Positions 43,102 through 53,378 of a stretch of 64,000 nt of DNA are shown piece after piece. Below the pieces are notes generated by a model. The model was not told the origin of the DNA. It was given only the letters and a program-made list of their open reading frames with translations, and ran no database searches. The stretch comes from an uncultured virus (IMG/VR IMGVR_UViG_3300006100_001445) (taxonomy: Duplodnaviria; Heunggongvirae; Uroviricota; Caudoviricetes). The stretch lies in IMG/VR virus record IMGVR_UViG_3300006100_001445; one strand, given 5' to 3'. The number at the start of each line of letters is the position of its first letter. Position 1 is the first letter of the stretch. A program made the position numbers and the translations under genes.

Positions 43102-43778
43102 TATGATTTCTGATAGTCAGCGTAAAAGAAATGTCCACCTATACGGGCCACATAGTGTTTCTGACGTGCCCAGGGTGGTCTTACTCCGGCGGCGTGGAAA
43201 TACAATGCGTCACTGTATTTGTCCTGCCAGTCTGCATAGTTGCCTCGCAACAATGCTGTGGCTACTCGTTGACTTTCTGCCCAGCGTTCGTCAGCTTCTT
43301 TGGGTTTGCGAACAAACATACATTTCCAACTGAACTGGCATACAGGTACTTGATCCATTTTGATTTCAGTTATTGTTCTTGGTTCAGGACGACCAAACCA
43401 ACCGGTATTTACTACTTCGGTTTTTTTGACTGTGCGTTCACGAACCACAACGGTGCGTTGACCGACCACTGAGCAAATGGAGTTACCAAAACGACCATCG
43501 CGGACGCGGTTAATGGTAACCATGGCCACTGCTACTTTGCCTTCTTCGGGTTCGCCGCCAGCTTCATAGTAGATATTGTGCGCAAGGCAGTCTATGTCCT
43601 TGCTGGTGACTGTGATGTCTACTATGGGTGTCATAATAGCATCTACCAAGGTATCCAAGCGACTTTGCGCCTGTGTTGTTACTGCGTTAAAAAAACTCTG
43701 TTGTACTTCTTCTGCTTGACCGGGTGCCATTACGGTCAGGGCTAATATTGCTACGATAGTTGAAACAATCGTTCTCAT
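43101..43778 (-). CDS. SleB-like cell wall hydrolase (second copy)
   Basis: CLAHNIYYEAGGE, AVAMVTINR, CQFSW, IGGHFFY; signal peptide. Confidence 0.92.
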   Translation of the reverse strand: MRTIVSTIVAILALTVMAPGQAEEVQQSFFNAVTTQAQSRLDTLVDAIMTPIVDITVTSKDIDCLAHNIYYEAGGEPEEGKVAVAMVTINRVRDGRFGNSICSVVGQRTVVVRERTVKKTEVVNTGWFGRPEPRTITEIKMDQVPVCQFSWKCMFVRKPKEADERWAESQRVATALLRGNYADWQDKYSDALYFHAAGVRPPWARQKHYVARIGGHFFYADYQKS

Positions 43779-43914
43779 ACTGTCCTCCTTTGGTTGTACA
43801 TTCTTTTTAAGGAATGTAAGATATTTACGGCCATATCTCAGTAGTTATAATACTACATAAGTCTTAACAAGTCAAGGTAAGTAGTGTTTCTTGGAGAAAT
43901 TGGCCGTTATAACC

Positions 43915-45714
43915 CTACTTATTTTGGGATAAGTATGTAGTTAATGGTACGTTTTGCTTGGCAGCATTTGAAATGGCAGAATTAGGATCGGCATTGTTGT
44001 TAAGGACAATTCCTCGTGATCCCAACAATTGAGTATTGATAGTTTCTGCCACAGTCGCACGTAAGGTATCACCGGCAGCATCGTTGGTAATTAAATTGGC
44101 AAAAAATTGATAAGTTTCCAGTCGGTCTCGATCTGCCGCTGTGCTGTAAAAATTCTGTGCAAAGCTGTTTAGTGCTGTAACAGTACCACTGTAGTCTACT
44201 CCAGCAGCTTTGAGTGCGGCAATTTCTGTTTGTACATTGGCCCACATTGTGTTATAGGCTGTTTGGCAAAGAGTCAAATTGGCACTGGCAGGAATAGCGT
44301 TCAATGCAGATGTTACTGATGCTACGTTGGCCACCACTGTGTTGGCATTGCCGGCAGCAGAGTTTGCCATAAATTGATTGACACAGACAACCAAGTTGCT
44401 CATAGCAGATGTAACTGCCGGAGTAACCACTGTGTTATAGTAGTTGTTCAATGTAGTTAAATTGGTAACATAACTGCCGCCGCCGACTGCTCCTAACATA
44501 TCGCTGATAATGAGATTTTGAAATGGGCCAGATCCTTTGATGCCGTTGGTCAATACTGATACATTGTTTAACAGTGGAGTGGTGCTGGTAGTTGAAGTAT
44601 TGCTCAGCGCAGGTACCACAACACTGGATAAAAACGCTGAGAGATCGGCCCAGGATTTAAAATTGCCTTGTCCTATTTTGTTGTGTACCAGCTGACCAAA
44701 TGTGGCAAAAGTGTTGGCACCAAGGCTGTTTAATATTGGCAGGACGTTGGCAGGAACCACCCGAGTGATATCTAAAAAGTCATTGAGATTGCGTATTGCA
44801 GCAGTATTGCCAGTAAAGTTAGTGGCTGATATAATAGCTGATAAATCACTACCGGTGACATTGGCATAAATGTTTTGTACTACTGCTGGGCTACTACCAG
44901 TCACTACTGTAGTTGTGGTCACAGTGGCCAAACTTGGCAAATCAACTTGCCCAATCAGGCTTCTCGATGTGGTTGAAGAAGCCACTTGACTTGTGGTAGT
45001 AGTAGATGAGGGAATAGTGGTCAGATCTGACACATCCAATCCCACGCTGGTCAATTGATCGGAAAGATTACCATACGTGCCAAGTTTTTGACTGAGTAAA
45101 TTTTTTCCAAACACATAGGTGTCGCCGGCTGTGGCAATGTTTTTGATATCATACATTGTGCCCCACCCACTGACAGCAGTAGCGATCGTTGGGCCAACAT
45201 TGCCAATTCCGCCGGTTGCCAAATCGCCCGGCCCCGTAAATCCAATTCCAGAGTCGGCATAAGTTTTTCCACCAAGCATAAATGCACTGGCCACCACATC
45301 AAAACTTGAAATGGTATATGCAGCCACAGTGGTGTACACATTGGCAAATGTGGCCAGGCCACCTGAGAATGGACCAGTTGCTTGATTGCTTATAGTAGTG
45401 CTGAATCTTGGTTTGTAATTACCGGCGATGTTGCCGTACACCAACGGCCTGTTTGTGATATAAACCAATGTGTCGGTTGGACAAAGATCCAATATCCAAC
45501 GATTGGCACTTGATCCACCTATTGTGCTCAATACTGGCATTAGGTTAGCGGCCGCATTGGCATCGGTTTGTATGTAGGCAAAAAGATTTGCCAATTGCAC
45601 AATGGGGGTGTGTGCTTGAAATGCAGAAATCTGCGCAATCAGATTGGCGTTGGGAGCCAACCCTTGGCCTGAAAGGATAGTACTAGCGGCGTTGAGAGCG
45701 AGTGCGGTTGCCAT
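43915..45714 (-). CDS. putative baseplate/tail structural protein
   Basis: 599 aa, low charge, Ala/Thr/Ser-rich, directly after the PAAR gene. Confidence 0.55.
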   Translation of the reverse strand: MATALALNAASTILSGQGLAPNANLIAQISAFQAHTPIVQLANLFAYIQTDANAAANLMPVLSTIGGSSANRWILDLCPTDTLVYITNRPLVYGNIAGNYKPRFSTTISNQATGPFSGGLATFANVYTTVAAYTISSFDVVASAFMLGGKTYADSGIGFTGPGDLATGGIGNVGPTIATAVSGWGTMYDIKNIATAGDTYVFGKNLLSQKLGTYGNLSDQLTSVGLDVSDLTTIPSSTTTTSQVASSTTSRSLIGQVDLPSLATVTTTTVVTGSSPAVVQNIYANVTGSDLSAIISATNFTGNTAAIRNLNDFLDITRVVPANVLPILNSLGANTFATFGQLVHNKIGQGNFKSWADLSAFLSSVVVPALSNTSTTSTTPLLNNVSVLTNGIKGSGPFQNLIISDMLGAVGGGSYVTNLTTLNNYYNTVVTPAVTSAMSNLVVCVNQFMANSAAGNANTVVANVASVTSALNAIPASANLTLCQTAYNTMWANVQTEIAALKAAGVDYSGTVTALNSFAQNFYSTAADRDRLETYQFFANLITNDAAGDTLRATVAETINTQLLGSRGIVLNNNADPNSAISNAAKQNVPLTTYLSQNK

Positions 45715-45716
45715 GG

Positions 45717-46001
45717 TTACCCAATGTTAACATCTGGACTACCGCTGGCAACTTTGTGTCCGCATTGAAATGGGTCGCCTACACGTGCGGCTGCTTTACC
45801 ACCAAAGAAAACTGTGCTACTGCCCGACACAATGGGATTGGGCACGTGGGGTCTGTGTGGTCGACCATATGGTGCGTGATCTCTATCCATACTGCCTACC
45901 ACTGCCGCTGGTTTGCCGTTGATCAACACGGAATCAACACACTCACTGGTAATTGCACCATCGCTGGTGTCTGGGTCACCTTTTCTTGCGGCTGCTGGCA
46001 T
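45717..46001 (-). CDS. PAAR-repeat spike tip protein
   Basis: MPAAARKGD, INGKPAAVVG, GKAAARVGD, CGH..GSPDV. Confidence 0.93.
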   Translation of the reverse strand: MPAAARKGDPDTSDGAITSECVDSVLINGKPAAVVGSMDRDHAPYGRPHRPHVPNPIVSGSSTVFFGGKAAARVGDPFQCGHKVASGSPDVNIG

Positions 46002-46309
46002 TAGGTAATTATTCCTTTTGACGCTGGTTCAATACCTGTGGTAGTGCGGATATAGTGATTTTCAATATCTTTGATTACAGGACCGTGCATAAGAATATGC
46101 TCGTTTTTCAGCGTTACATTAGTATTTATATCCGCAGAAATCAGGCTTTGCATCAGGCCTAGACCTTGTGGGCTTGGAATAACAGTACAAGGACGACTGA
46201 CTACAAATCCAGCTGATCCTTCACTTACAAGTTTGGCAATGATTTCATCACCAGTGACGATTTTGAAGCAAACGATGTCGCCTGCTTCATATCCTTTATT
46301 GATTAACAT
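46001..46309 (-). CDS. Sm-like domain phage protein
   Basis: GDIVCFKIVTGDEIIAKL; YIRTTTGI. Confidence 0.6.
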   Translation of the reverse strand: MLINKGYEAGDIVCFKIVTGDEIIAKLVSEGSAGFVVSRPCTVIPSPQGLGLMQSLISADINTNVTLKNEHILMHGPVIKDIENHYIRTTTGIEPASKGIIT

Positions 46310-46312
46310 TTA

Positions 46313-46558
46313 CTATCCTTTTAGTTGATTGAAAAACTCTTCTGACTGCTTTTTAAGACCTTGAAATCCGCCTTCTACTAACAACTTGCCGTCCTGGTAG
46401 ATTTGTGGAACTGTACGATGACCTTCACTTAAAACAAACTCACGTGCTTCGGGTGTTTCATCAATTTTGATTTCTTCGAATGCAATGCCTTTTAATTTTA
46501 ACAACGATTTTGCTTGATCGCAAAATGGGCAATGATTTTTTGAATATACTGTGATCAT
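46313..46558 (-). CDS. glutaredoxin
   Basis: CPFC, RTVPQIY, GGF. Confidence 0.95.
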   Translation of the reverse strand: MITVYSKNHCPFCDQAKSLLKLKGIAFEEIKIDETPEAREFVLSEGHRTVPQIYQDGKLLVEGGFQGLKKQSEEFFNQLKG

Positions 46559-47685
46559 TATAAACTAAATCCTTTAAATGTGTCTTTGTCGACATCTTGT
46601 TTTGTACCACCAATTACATAGGTGGTAATTTCTGTTTCTTGCGGTGCTACCTGTACTTCAGCACCAGCAATCCATTTGGCTGTCCAAGGTAACGGATTAC
46701 TTGAGCCTGGCTTCATACCACAGTCGAGTCCCACTGCTGTCATACGTTTGCAGGTCAACCAATCCACATACTGGCTCAACAACACTTCATTGAGACCAAT
46801 CATTGATCCATCTTTGAACAGGTACCGGGCCCAGCTTTTTTCTTGTGCAGCAGCTGCCAGAAACATTTGCTCACACTCGGCCTTGGTTTCAATTTTTAAC
46901 AATGCATAGTCTGGGTCATCTGTAGGCAATAATTTTAACAGGGTTTGCGTGGACCCCAAGTGTACGTTTTCGTCCCGGGCTATAAGTTTAATTATCTTGG
47001 CATTGCCTTCCATCTTTTTTAATTCCGCAAATGCCCAACTGCAAGCAAAACTAACATAAAAACGAATACCTTCTAATGCGTTGACTGAGTTTAATGCCAA
47101 CCACAATTTCTTTTTAAGTTGATACATATCCACAACAATCTTTTTACCATTGACTGTATGCTCGCCCAAACCCAACATACGATACCAATTGCCATATTCA
47201 ATCAGATCATCATAGTATTTGCTGATGTCTTGAGCACAGGCCACAATTTCGTCCAGCTCCAACAGCTCGTCAAAGATTTCGCTGGGATTGGCATACACGT
47301 TGCGGATAATGTGTGTATAACTACGACTGTGAATAGTTTCGTTAAATGCCCAAGTTTCAATCCAAGTTTCCAATTCAGGAATAGTGGCCAATGGAAGAAA
47401 GGCCAAATTTGGACTGCGACCTTGCACACTATCCAACAGGATCTGACGCTTCAGGTTGCTGGTAAAAATATGTTGTTCAAAGTCGGTTAGTTCTTTGAAG
47501 TCTTTGGCATCACGCATAACGTCAATTTCTTCTGGACGCCAAAAGAACCCCAGTTGCTTGTCAGTCAATTTGTCAAACTGACGATACTTCAATACGTCGT
47601 AACGCTGTACCGCCGGTGTGCCGTTGGTGTCAAGGAAAGCCAATGATTTGGTGTGATCCGTTTTTCTTATATTAAATACGCTCAT
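46558..47685 (-). CDS. nrdB: class Ia ribonucleotide reductase beta subunit
   Basis: FFWRPEE, QILLDSVQGR, ETIHSRSY, LEGIRFYVSF, DENVH, VAPQETE. Confidence 0.97.
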   Translation of the reverse strand: MSVFNIRKTDHTKSLAFLDTNGTPAVQRYDVLKYRQFDKLTDKQLGFFWRPEEIDVMRDAKDFKELTDFEQHIFTSNLKRQILLDSVQGRSPNLAFLPLATIPELETWIETWAFNETIHSRSYTHIIRNVYANPSEIFDELLELDEIVACAQDISKYYDDLIEYGNWYRMLGLGEHTVNGKKIVVDMYQLKKKLWLALNSVNALEGIRFYVSFACSWAFAELKKMEGNAKIIKLIARDENVHLGSTQTLLKLLPTDDPDYALLKIETKAECEQMFLAAAAQEKSWARYLFKDGSMIGLNEVLLSQYVDWLTCKRMTAVGLDCGMKPGSSNPLPWTAKWIAGAEVQVAPQETEITTYVIGGTKQDVDKDTFKGFSL

Positions 47686-48491
47686 TGTTGTTTTTCCTTT
47701 ATATAATTGTATAATTCATCAGCAATCAACTGGTGTGCTTTTACTGTTGGATGTGCTGTGGCACGATCTAACCATCCTGATTGCTGTAGCTCTCTAATGT
47801 TACTGCTGATAATTTGATTGGCAGTTGGTCGCAACAGATTTAAAAAAGGCATTTTTGACTGTTTAATATATATCTGATTTTTGCGACATAATAAACTAAC
47901 CAGATCATTTTCTGAATCTGCTGGTAAATAAAAATTTTTGTCTTGGATATTGTGTATTTTTAAATCTTTTGCTGAATACCCTTGAAAACTGTTTACAAAC
48001 AAGTGATCAATGTTCAACGATGTCAAGTACCCATCTAAAAGCAAAATTTTGTTGCCAAGTTTTTCTAACTCGTGTTCTTGATTCCAAAAATGGCCAAAAT
48101 AATATTTGAGTTCTTTTTCTATGCCAGGTTTGTGATTGATTCTACCATAGGCATTGTCTTCAACTGAACTCAATGTACTGCTGTAAGTTTCCCAACGATA
48201 GATACTTGATAAGCCCCATAACACAAACATACGATCGTATTTGTCTCTGTTGGAGTCAACAAAAGACATTAGTTTTCGCAATTGGTTGTCGTTGCTGGCG
48301 CCGTTTTGTGCAATAAAATGCACAGTATCTAAACCAAGTTGTTGTTGTAGTAGTCCAGCAAAGCTGTTTTTGTTGCGGAACTCAGGATCAACTGTGTGAT
48401 TGTAGTCAAAGTCAGTCGCAGCGGGGTCACAGTCCATGAAGGCACCGGCTACCCAACTACATCCTACAGCAACTAATACACTAGGTTTCAT
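47682..48491 (-). CDS. SGNH hydrolase-like protein between nrdA and nrdB
   Basis: GCSWVAG, GASN, HPTVKAH. Confidence 0.75.
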   Translation of the reverse strand: MKPSVLVAVGCSWVAGAFMDCDPAATDFDYNHTVDPEFRNKNSFAGLLQQQLGLDTVHFIAQNGASNDNQLRKLMSFVDSNRDKYDRMFVLWGLSSIYRWETYSSTLSSVEDNAYGRINHKPGIEKELKYYFGHFWNQEHELEKLGNKILLLDGYLTSLNIDHLFVNSFQGYSAKDLKIHNIQDKNFYLPADSENDLVSLLCRKNQIYIKQSKMPFLNLLRPTANQIISSNIRELQQSGWLDRATAHPTVKAHQLIADELYNYIKEKQQ

Positions 48492-48492
48492 A

Positions 48493-50790
48493 TTAAATCA
48501 CACAGCTATCGCAATCTGCATCATCAGTTGGTGTTTGTTCTACCTGTTGTTGACTTAATTTATCAATGTCAATTTCGCCTTGACCATCATTGGTATTGAA
48601 ATAATACAACTGTTTACCGCCATACTTGTAAAACTGTATTACGTCTTTGAGCATTTCGCTCATTGGAATTTTTTCGTCATCGTAAAAGCGTGGATTGTAG
48701 GATGTGTTTACACTAATACCTTGATCAATGTATTTTTGTAGTACTGCACACAGTTTTAAATAACCTTCGGGACTACGTTGATCCCATAACAATTCATACT
48801 TGTTTTTTAATTTGCGGAACTCGGGTACCACTTGTTTCAGTACACCGTGTTTGCTTTGTTTAACTGACACATAACTACGTGGGGGCTCAATGCCGTTTGT
48901 TGCATTGCTAATTTGAGCACTTGTCTCTGCAGGCATTAGAGCCATTAGGGTAGCATTACGCTGACCAGTAGCTTGTGTTTGAGTACGTAGTTCGTTCCAG
49001 GGCATACGCTCTTGGTGTGGTACCAATTCGTCAATTTCGCGTTTGCGTGTGTCAATAGGAAGAATACCTGCCGACGACTTTAAATCTTTCCAACGACCGC
49101 AGGCACCTTGTTCAACGGCGAGATCAGCTGAAGCTTTTAATAGGTAGTAACTCCAGGCTTCAGCATACTCATCAACCAAGGCCAATGCAGCAGGATCTGA
49201 ATAACTGACATCGTTCTTGGCCAAGAAATAGGCAAAGTTAATAATACCAACTCCTAGTGGACGGAACTCTTCAGTGGCAAGTTCCGCCGCACGTACAGGA
49301 TAATTCTGATAACTCAATAATGCATCTAAACCACGTACTGCCAGTTCACACGGTTTCTGGAAGTCATTTGGGCTTTTTACATTGCCCCAATTGATTGCGC
49401 TCAAGGTACAGAGTGCAATCCTACCATCCTCGTCGTTGACATCCTTTAGTGGAACTGTTGGTAAATCAATTTCACAACAAAGGTTTGACATCTTTACGGG
49501 TGCTACATTTTCATCAAAAGGACTGTGAGTGTTTGCGTGATCTACATTCTGCAAATAGATACGTCCAGTATCTTTGCGTTCCTGCATAAAACGTGTAAAC
49601 AGATCAGCAGCCTTAAAGGTCTTCTTGCGTAACTTGGTGTTACGTTCTGCTCGTTCGTACAACTCTTTGAAGCGTTCTTGGTTATTGAAAAACGCATCAT
49701 ACATTTCAGGTACATCATGAGGACTAAAGCAAGTGATATCCCCGCCTGAAATTAATCGTTCATACATCAATTTGTTAAACTGTACACCATAGTCCATATG
49801 ACGTACACGGTTATCTTCTGTGCCTTTGTTGTTCTTTAGCACAATAAGGTCTTCAATTTCCAAATGCCAGATAGGATAGTATAAGGTGGCGGCACCATTA
49901 CGCACACCACCTTGACTACAACTACGTGTGGCACTTTGGAACAATTTGTAAAAAGGTACAACACCAGTATGATAAGCATCGCCGGATCTGATCGGGCTAC
50001 CTAATGCACGGATACGTCCGGCACCAATTCCAATACCGGCTTTCTGACTAACATACTTGACAATGCTGCTGCTGGTAGCATTGATACTGTCCAGGCTGTC
50101 GTCGGCTTCAATCAGTACACAACTGGAGAACTGTTTCTGTGGAGTGCGTACACCAGCCATAACAGGAGTGGGAAGACTAATGTCTCCAAGACTGATTGCA
50201 TCATAATAATCCTTTACCCAACGTAAGCGTGTGTCTGCAGGGTACGATTGAAATAGAGTGGCCGCTATCAGCATATAGGCCATTTGCGGTGTTTCAAATA
50301 TTTCACCGGTTACGCGATTTTGTACCAAGTACTTGCCACGCCATTGTTCCATGGCCACATAGGTAAAATTCTCATCGCGTTTGTGATCTAGGTACGTGTC
50401 TAGAGTGATCCACTCTTGTTCAGAATAGGCTTCCAATAGACCACGATCATAAAATCCACTTTCCACGTTGCGTTTGACCAATTCCAGCAGTGAGCAAGGA
50501 TTATAATCGTTATAAATTTGTTTACGCAGGTGATAGTTGATCAATCGACCTGCTACGTATTGGTAGTTGGGAGTTTCTTCTGAGATCAAATCTGCAGCAC
50601 TTTTGATCAAGGTTTCTTGAATGTCGGCTGTTCGAATGCCGTTGTAAAATTGTATGTGACTTTTAATTTCTACTTCGCTGGCGCTGACACCTGTAATGCC
50701 TTGTGTTGCCCAAAATACCACTTTGTGTAATTTTTCTAAATCGAGGTCTTCTGTGTGACCTTCCCGCTTTGTAACTTTGATTGATGTCAT
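48493..50790 (-). CDS. nrdA: class Ia ribonucleotide reductase alpha subunit
   Basis: ATP cone; FSSCVL, SNLCCEI, MPAETS, LYYFN, C-terminal CDSC. Confidence 0.98.
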   Translation of the reverse strand: MTSIKVTKREGHTEDLDLEKLHKVVFWATQGITGVSASEVEIKSHIQFYNGIRTADIQETLIKSAADLISEETPNYQYVAGRLINYHLRKQIYNDYNPCSLLELVKRNVESGFYDRGLLEAYSEQEWITLDTYLDHKRDENFTYVAMEQWRGKYLVQNRVTGEIFETPQMAYMLIAATLFQSYPADTRLRWVKDYYDAISLGDISLPTPVMAGVRTPQKQFSSCVLIEADDSLDSINATSSSIVKYVSQKAGIGIGAGRIRALGSPIRSGDAYHTGVVPFYKLFQSATRSCSQGGVRNGAATLYYPIWHLEIEDLIVLKNNKGTEDNRVRHMDYGVQFNKLMYERLISGGDITCFSPHDVPEMYDAFFNNQERFKELYERAERNTKLRKKTFKAADLFTRFMQERKDTGRIYLQNVDHANTHSPFDENVAPVKMSNLCCEIDLPTVPLKDVNDEDGRIALCTLSAINWGNVKSPNDFQKPCELAVRGLDALLSYQNYPVRAAELATEEFRPLGVGIINFAYFLAKNDVSYSDPAALALVDEYAEAWSYYLLKASADLAVEQGACGRWKDLKSSAGILPIDTRKREIDELVPHQERMPWNELRTQTQATGQRNATLMALMPAETSAQISNATNGIEPPRSYVSVKQSKHGVLKQVVPEFRKLKNKYELLWDQRSPEGYLKLCAVLQKYIDQGISVNTSYNPRFYDDEKIPMSEMLKDVIQFYKYGGKQLYYFNTNDGQGEIDIDKLSQQQVEQTPTDDADCDSCVI

Positions 50791-50799
50791 TGATTTCTC

Positions 50800-51249
50800 T
50801 TAATATTGTTCTAGTTTTAACTGTACTGCTGTAATTGTTTTTTTTAACTGCAACGTTTGTTCGACTTGTTTGATATTTACTATATCTCCGTCAATCATAT
50901 TCAGGATATATTTTCCTTGATTGAACCAAGCTAAATTAAACTCATATAAATTTTGTGGGTTTTCGTACACTCTAATTTCTATGTCCAGTTCCATTCTATG
51001 CTTGGTTAATAGCATAGTATAAACTATTCCCAGGCATTTTGCAAGGTCACAATAGACATTTTCGTCAACCAATTCCCAGGGTGTGGGCCAGGTATCAATG
51101 GATTCTGGATCCAAATGATAAGGCACAAATGGTGCGCGGGCCCAGTACTCAGCAGTACGAGCCAGTGCTTGGTCTAATGTTAACGAATCTAACGTGGATC
51201 GAAAGTCACGCCAGGACCTCAACCGGTCCTCGGCTTTTAGTTGAAACAT
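50800..51249 (-). CDS. hypothetical protein
   Basis: 149 aa; WPTPWELV motif. Confidence 0.7.
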   Translation of the reverse strand: MFQLKAEDRLRSWRDFRSTLDSLTLDQALARTAEYWARAPFVPYHLDPESIDTWPTPWELVDENVYCDLAKCLGIVYTMLLTKHRMELDIEIRVYENPQNLYEFNLAWFNQGKYILNMIDGDIVNIKQVEQTLQLKKTITAVQLKLEQY

Positions 51250-51252
51250 TGT

Positions 51253-52590
51253 TTAGGAAAAGTTTTTAATATTAAAATTTATGACAGCTGCGCCACTGGC
51301 AAAACAGGTAAGGTTTCCACCAGTTGCAACATACAGATTGGCTGACAAGAAGTTTGTGGTAGATTCGGAGTATTCATCTGTAAAATAAATTGTTCCAGTG
51401 TTGCCAATGGTATACTTGATAGTACCAAATCTATAGTCGGTATTGTTGGTTAACTGATAATCAACCACTCCCGATGATGTCAATGTGGTAACAGTTGTCA
51501 CTGCATTACCAGACAAGGATACATTTCCACCAGGCCCATAAACTGCGCTACCCATATGGATACCTGGAGTTCCGGCTGTGGCGTGATCGCCGATGCTGTA
51601 ATTGTTGCCGTATAATCTGGTGAATGGAGCCACGGAATTGAATTCGTTGCCTACACTAACAAAACCGGACAAGTTAGCATCAGTTACCACAGCCGTTCCT
51701 GATTGACCAGAGAACGTGCTATTTTTGACATTGATATTGGTACTGGTGGCAACAACAGCACGTATGCCATTGACTGCGCCGGTAAACACACAGCGATTGA
51801 ATGTGACTGCATTGCAAGGATTTTTAGAACTGGCCAATTCCACCAAGTGTTCAACAGTTGCATCACCATTGAAGACCACTTCATCAAAAGATATATTTGT
51901 GGCGCTGTCAATGCTTGCAACTGGATCAACGGTGTTGGCAGTTTTTGTTATGGTCAATCTACTGACGCTGATGTTGGATGGCAGTACTGCACCACCAGTG
52001 CCAAGACCAGCACCAGTGTTGTATTTGTTGTCGGCTGTGACAAATACTGTGCCATTGATACTAGACAGTATAGTATTGTTTTTTCCATCTCCAACAATGG
52101 TACAGTTGGGCGGAACCTTGATAGGCGATGAAACAACATATTTGCCAGCTGGAATCCGTATAGTTCTACGTACTGTTGGTACCGGAACGTTTAGGTCAGA
52201 AACATAAATTTGTTGTATTGCACGTTGAATAGCATTGGTATCGTCGGTAATGCCGTTGCCGGTAGCACCAAAATCTCGTACACTGACTGTTTCATCCAGC
52301 TTGGCTTGTAAACTTCTCAGTACTGGACTGAGTTGTGTTGGCCCAGTAAGACTGGTGTAACCGGCATCAGTACCTTTGAACGTATAGGTGTTGACAAATT
52401 CTAAGAAATTACTTTGGCTGGTCAAAATCTCAGTAACGCCTTCAACTGAAGCTCCTTCCGACAAAGTGCCGTTACCGATATATAAACGACGGGTGTCAAT
52501 GCTCCAACCTAGCTCTGCGCTAGCCAATTGTGGAAGATCTTGCTGTAGACCTCTGCGATGTTGAATTCTACTGATTTGAACAATAGCCAT
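51253..52590 (-). CDS. virion fibre protein with pectate-lyase-like beta-helix
   Basis: ISRIQHRRG..AELGWSIDTRRLYIGNG; SVRDFGATGNGITDDTNAIQRAI. Confidence 0.8.
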   Translation of the reverse strand: MAIVQISRIQHRRGLQQDLPQLASAELGWSIDTRRLYIGNGTLSEGASVEGVTEILTSQSNFLEFVNTYTFKGTDAGYTSLTGPTQLSPVLRSLQAKLDETVSVRDFGATGNGITDDTNAIQRAIQQIYVSDLNVPVPTVRRTIRIPAGKYVVSSPIKVPPNCTIVGDGKNNTILSSINGTVFVTADNKYNTGAGLGTGGAVLPSNISVSRLTITKTANTVDPVASIDSATNISFDEVVFNGDATVEHLVELASSKNPCNAVTFNRCVFTGAVNGIRAVVATSTNINVKNSTFSGQSGTAVVTDANLSGFVSVGNEFNSVAPFTRLYGNNYSIGDHATAGTPGIHMGSAVYGPGGNVSLSGNAVTTVTTLTSSGVVDYQLTNNTDYRFGTIKYTIGNTGTIYFTDEYSESTTNFLSANLYVATGGNLTCFASGAAVINFNIKNFS

Positions 52591-52620
52591 ATTACTGTAA
52601 CCTTAATGATAATAATGTAT

Positions 52621-53331
52621 TTATGCAGTAAGGTAGTACAGCTCTACACGTTTGTTCCACTCGTCACAATAATGATCAAATTCGGCGCCTTCCAACACAA
52701 ACTCTTGGTAAACAGGAGTGTCGTAAGAGCCATCTTCCAGCTGTTTAGGCTGTTGACACATAAGGATTACGCCTTTTTTGATGTCGGTTCCGTGCATATT
52801 GTTGTGTGCCTGTGCATAGGCCGCCAACTGTACAAAATAGTCGGTGATATATTCGCGTTTTTTTAATTTGTTGGTTTGTTTGTAGTCCATTATAGCCGGC
52901 TTGTTGTCGTGTACTCCCACCGAATCTGTGGTGCCAGCATATAACCCACTATAATAAACCGGTACTTCAACTCCCCATACTTCATTGACTTTGACAAATC
53001 CTTCCAAGATAACCTGTGCAGCCATGAACCACGAAGGCTGTGCAAACGGGTTAGTTGGAAACTCTTTCATTTCACCAGTTTTAACATAGTGCTCCAAGTA
53101 GCTGTGCATACGTGTTCCACGATTGGCAGCTTCGGTGGTGATCTGCTGTGCTCTAGCTTCCCCGACACTTTTTTTCCAATTAGCCAGTGCGGCTTTGGAT
53201 TCTGCACTTTTGGTCCGGTCCAGGATTGTTGTAACGCTGGGAACTTTGCTGCCGTCTGGTAAACAATAATGTCGTTTGCCGTTGATTGTTTCTCTGTCAC
53301 AAGGTGTATAGTCAAATTTTGGTTTAAGCAT
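52621..53331 (-). CDS. PD-(D/E)XK (Cas4-like) exonuclease
   Basis: PSVTTIL, RGTRMH, YAGTTD, DYKQT, QLAAYA. Confidence 0.88.
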   Translation of the reverse strand: MLKPKFDYTPCDRETINGKRHYCLPDGSKVPSVTTILDRTKSAESKAALANWKKSVGEARAQQITTEAANRGTRMHSYLEHYVKTGEMKEFPTNPFAQPSWFMAAQVILEGFVKVNEVWGVEVPVYYSGLYAGTTDSVGVHDNKPAIMDYKQTNKLKKREYITDYFVQLAAYAQAHNNMHGTDIKKGVILMCQQPKQLEDGSYDTPVYQEFVLEGAEFDHYCDEWNKRVELYYLTA

Positions 53332-53378
53332 AAGGTTAATTATAACATCTTCCGTTTTAATAAGCAATAAATATTTTA

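Noticed and set aside
45717..46001. PAAR gene as part of a type VI secretion system
   Set aside because: No other T6SS genes; the context fits a myophage spike tip.
46558..50790. Intron, intein or homing endonuclease in nrdA/nrdB
   Set aside because: Both ORFs are of normal length and continuous; the intervening gene has SGNH, not nuclease, motifs.
52621..53331. Cas4 as evidence of a CRISPR system
   Set aside because: Stand-alone phage PD-(D/E)XK exonuclease with no cas genes or array nearby.
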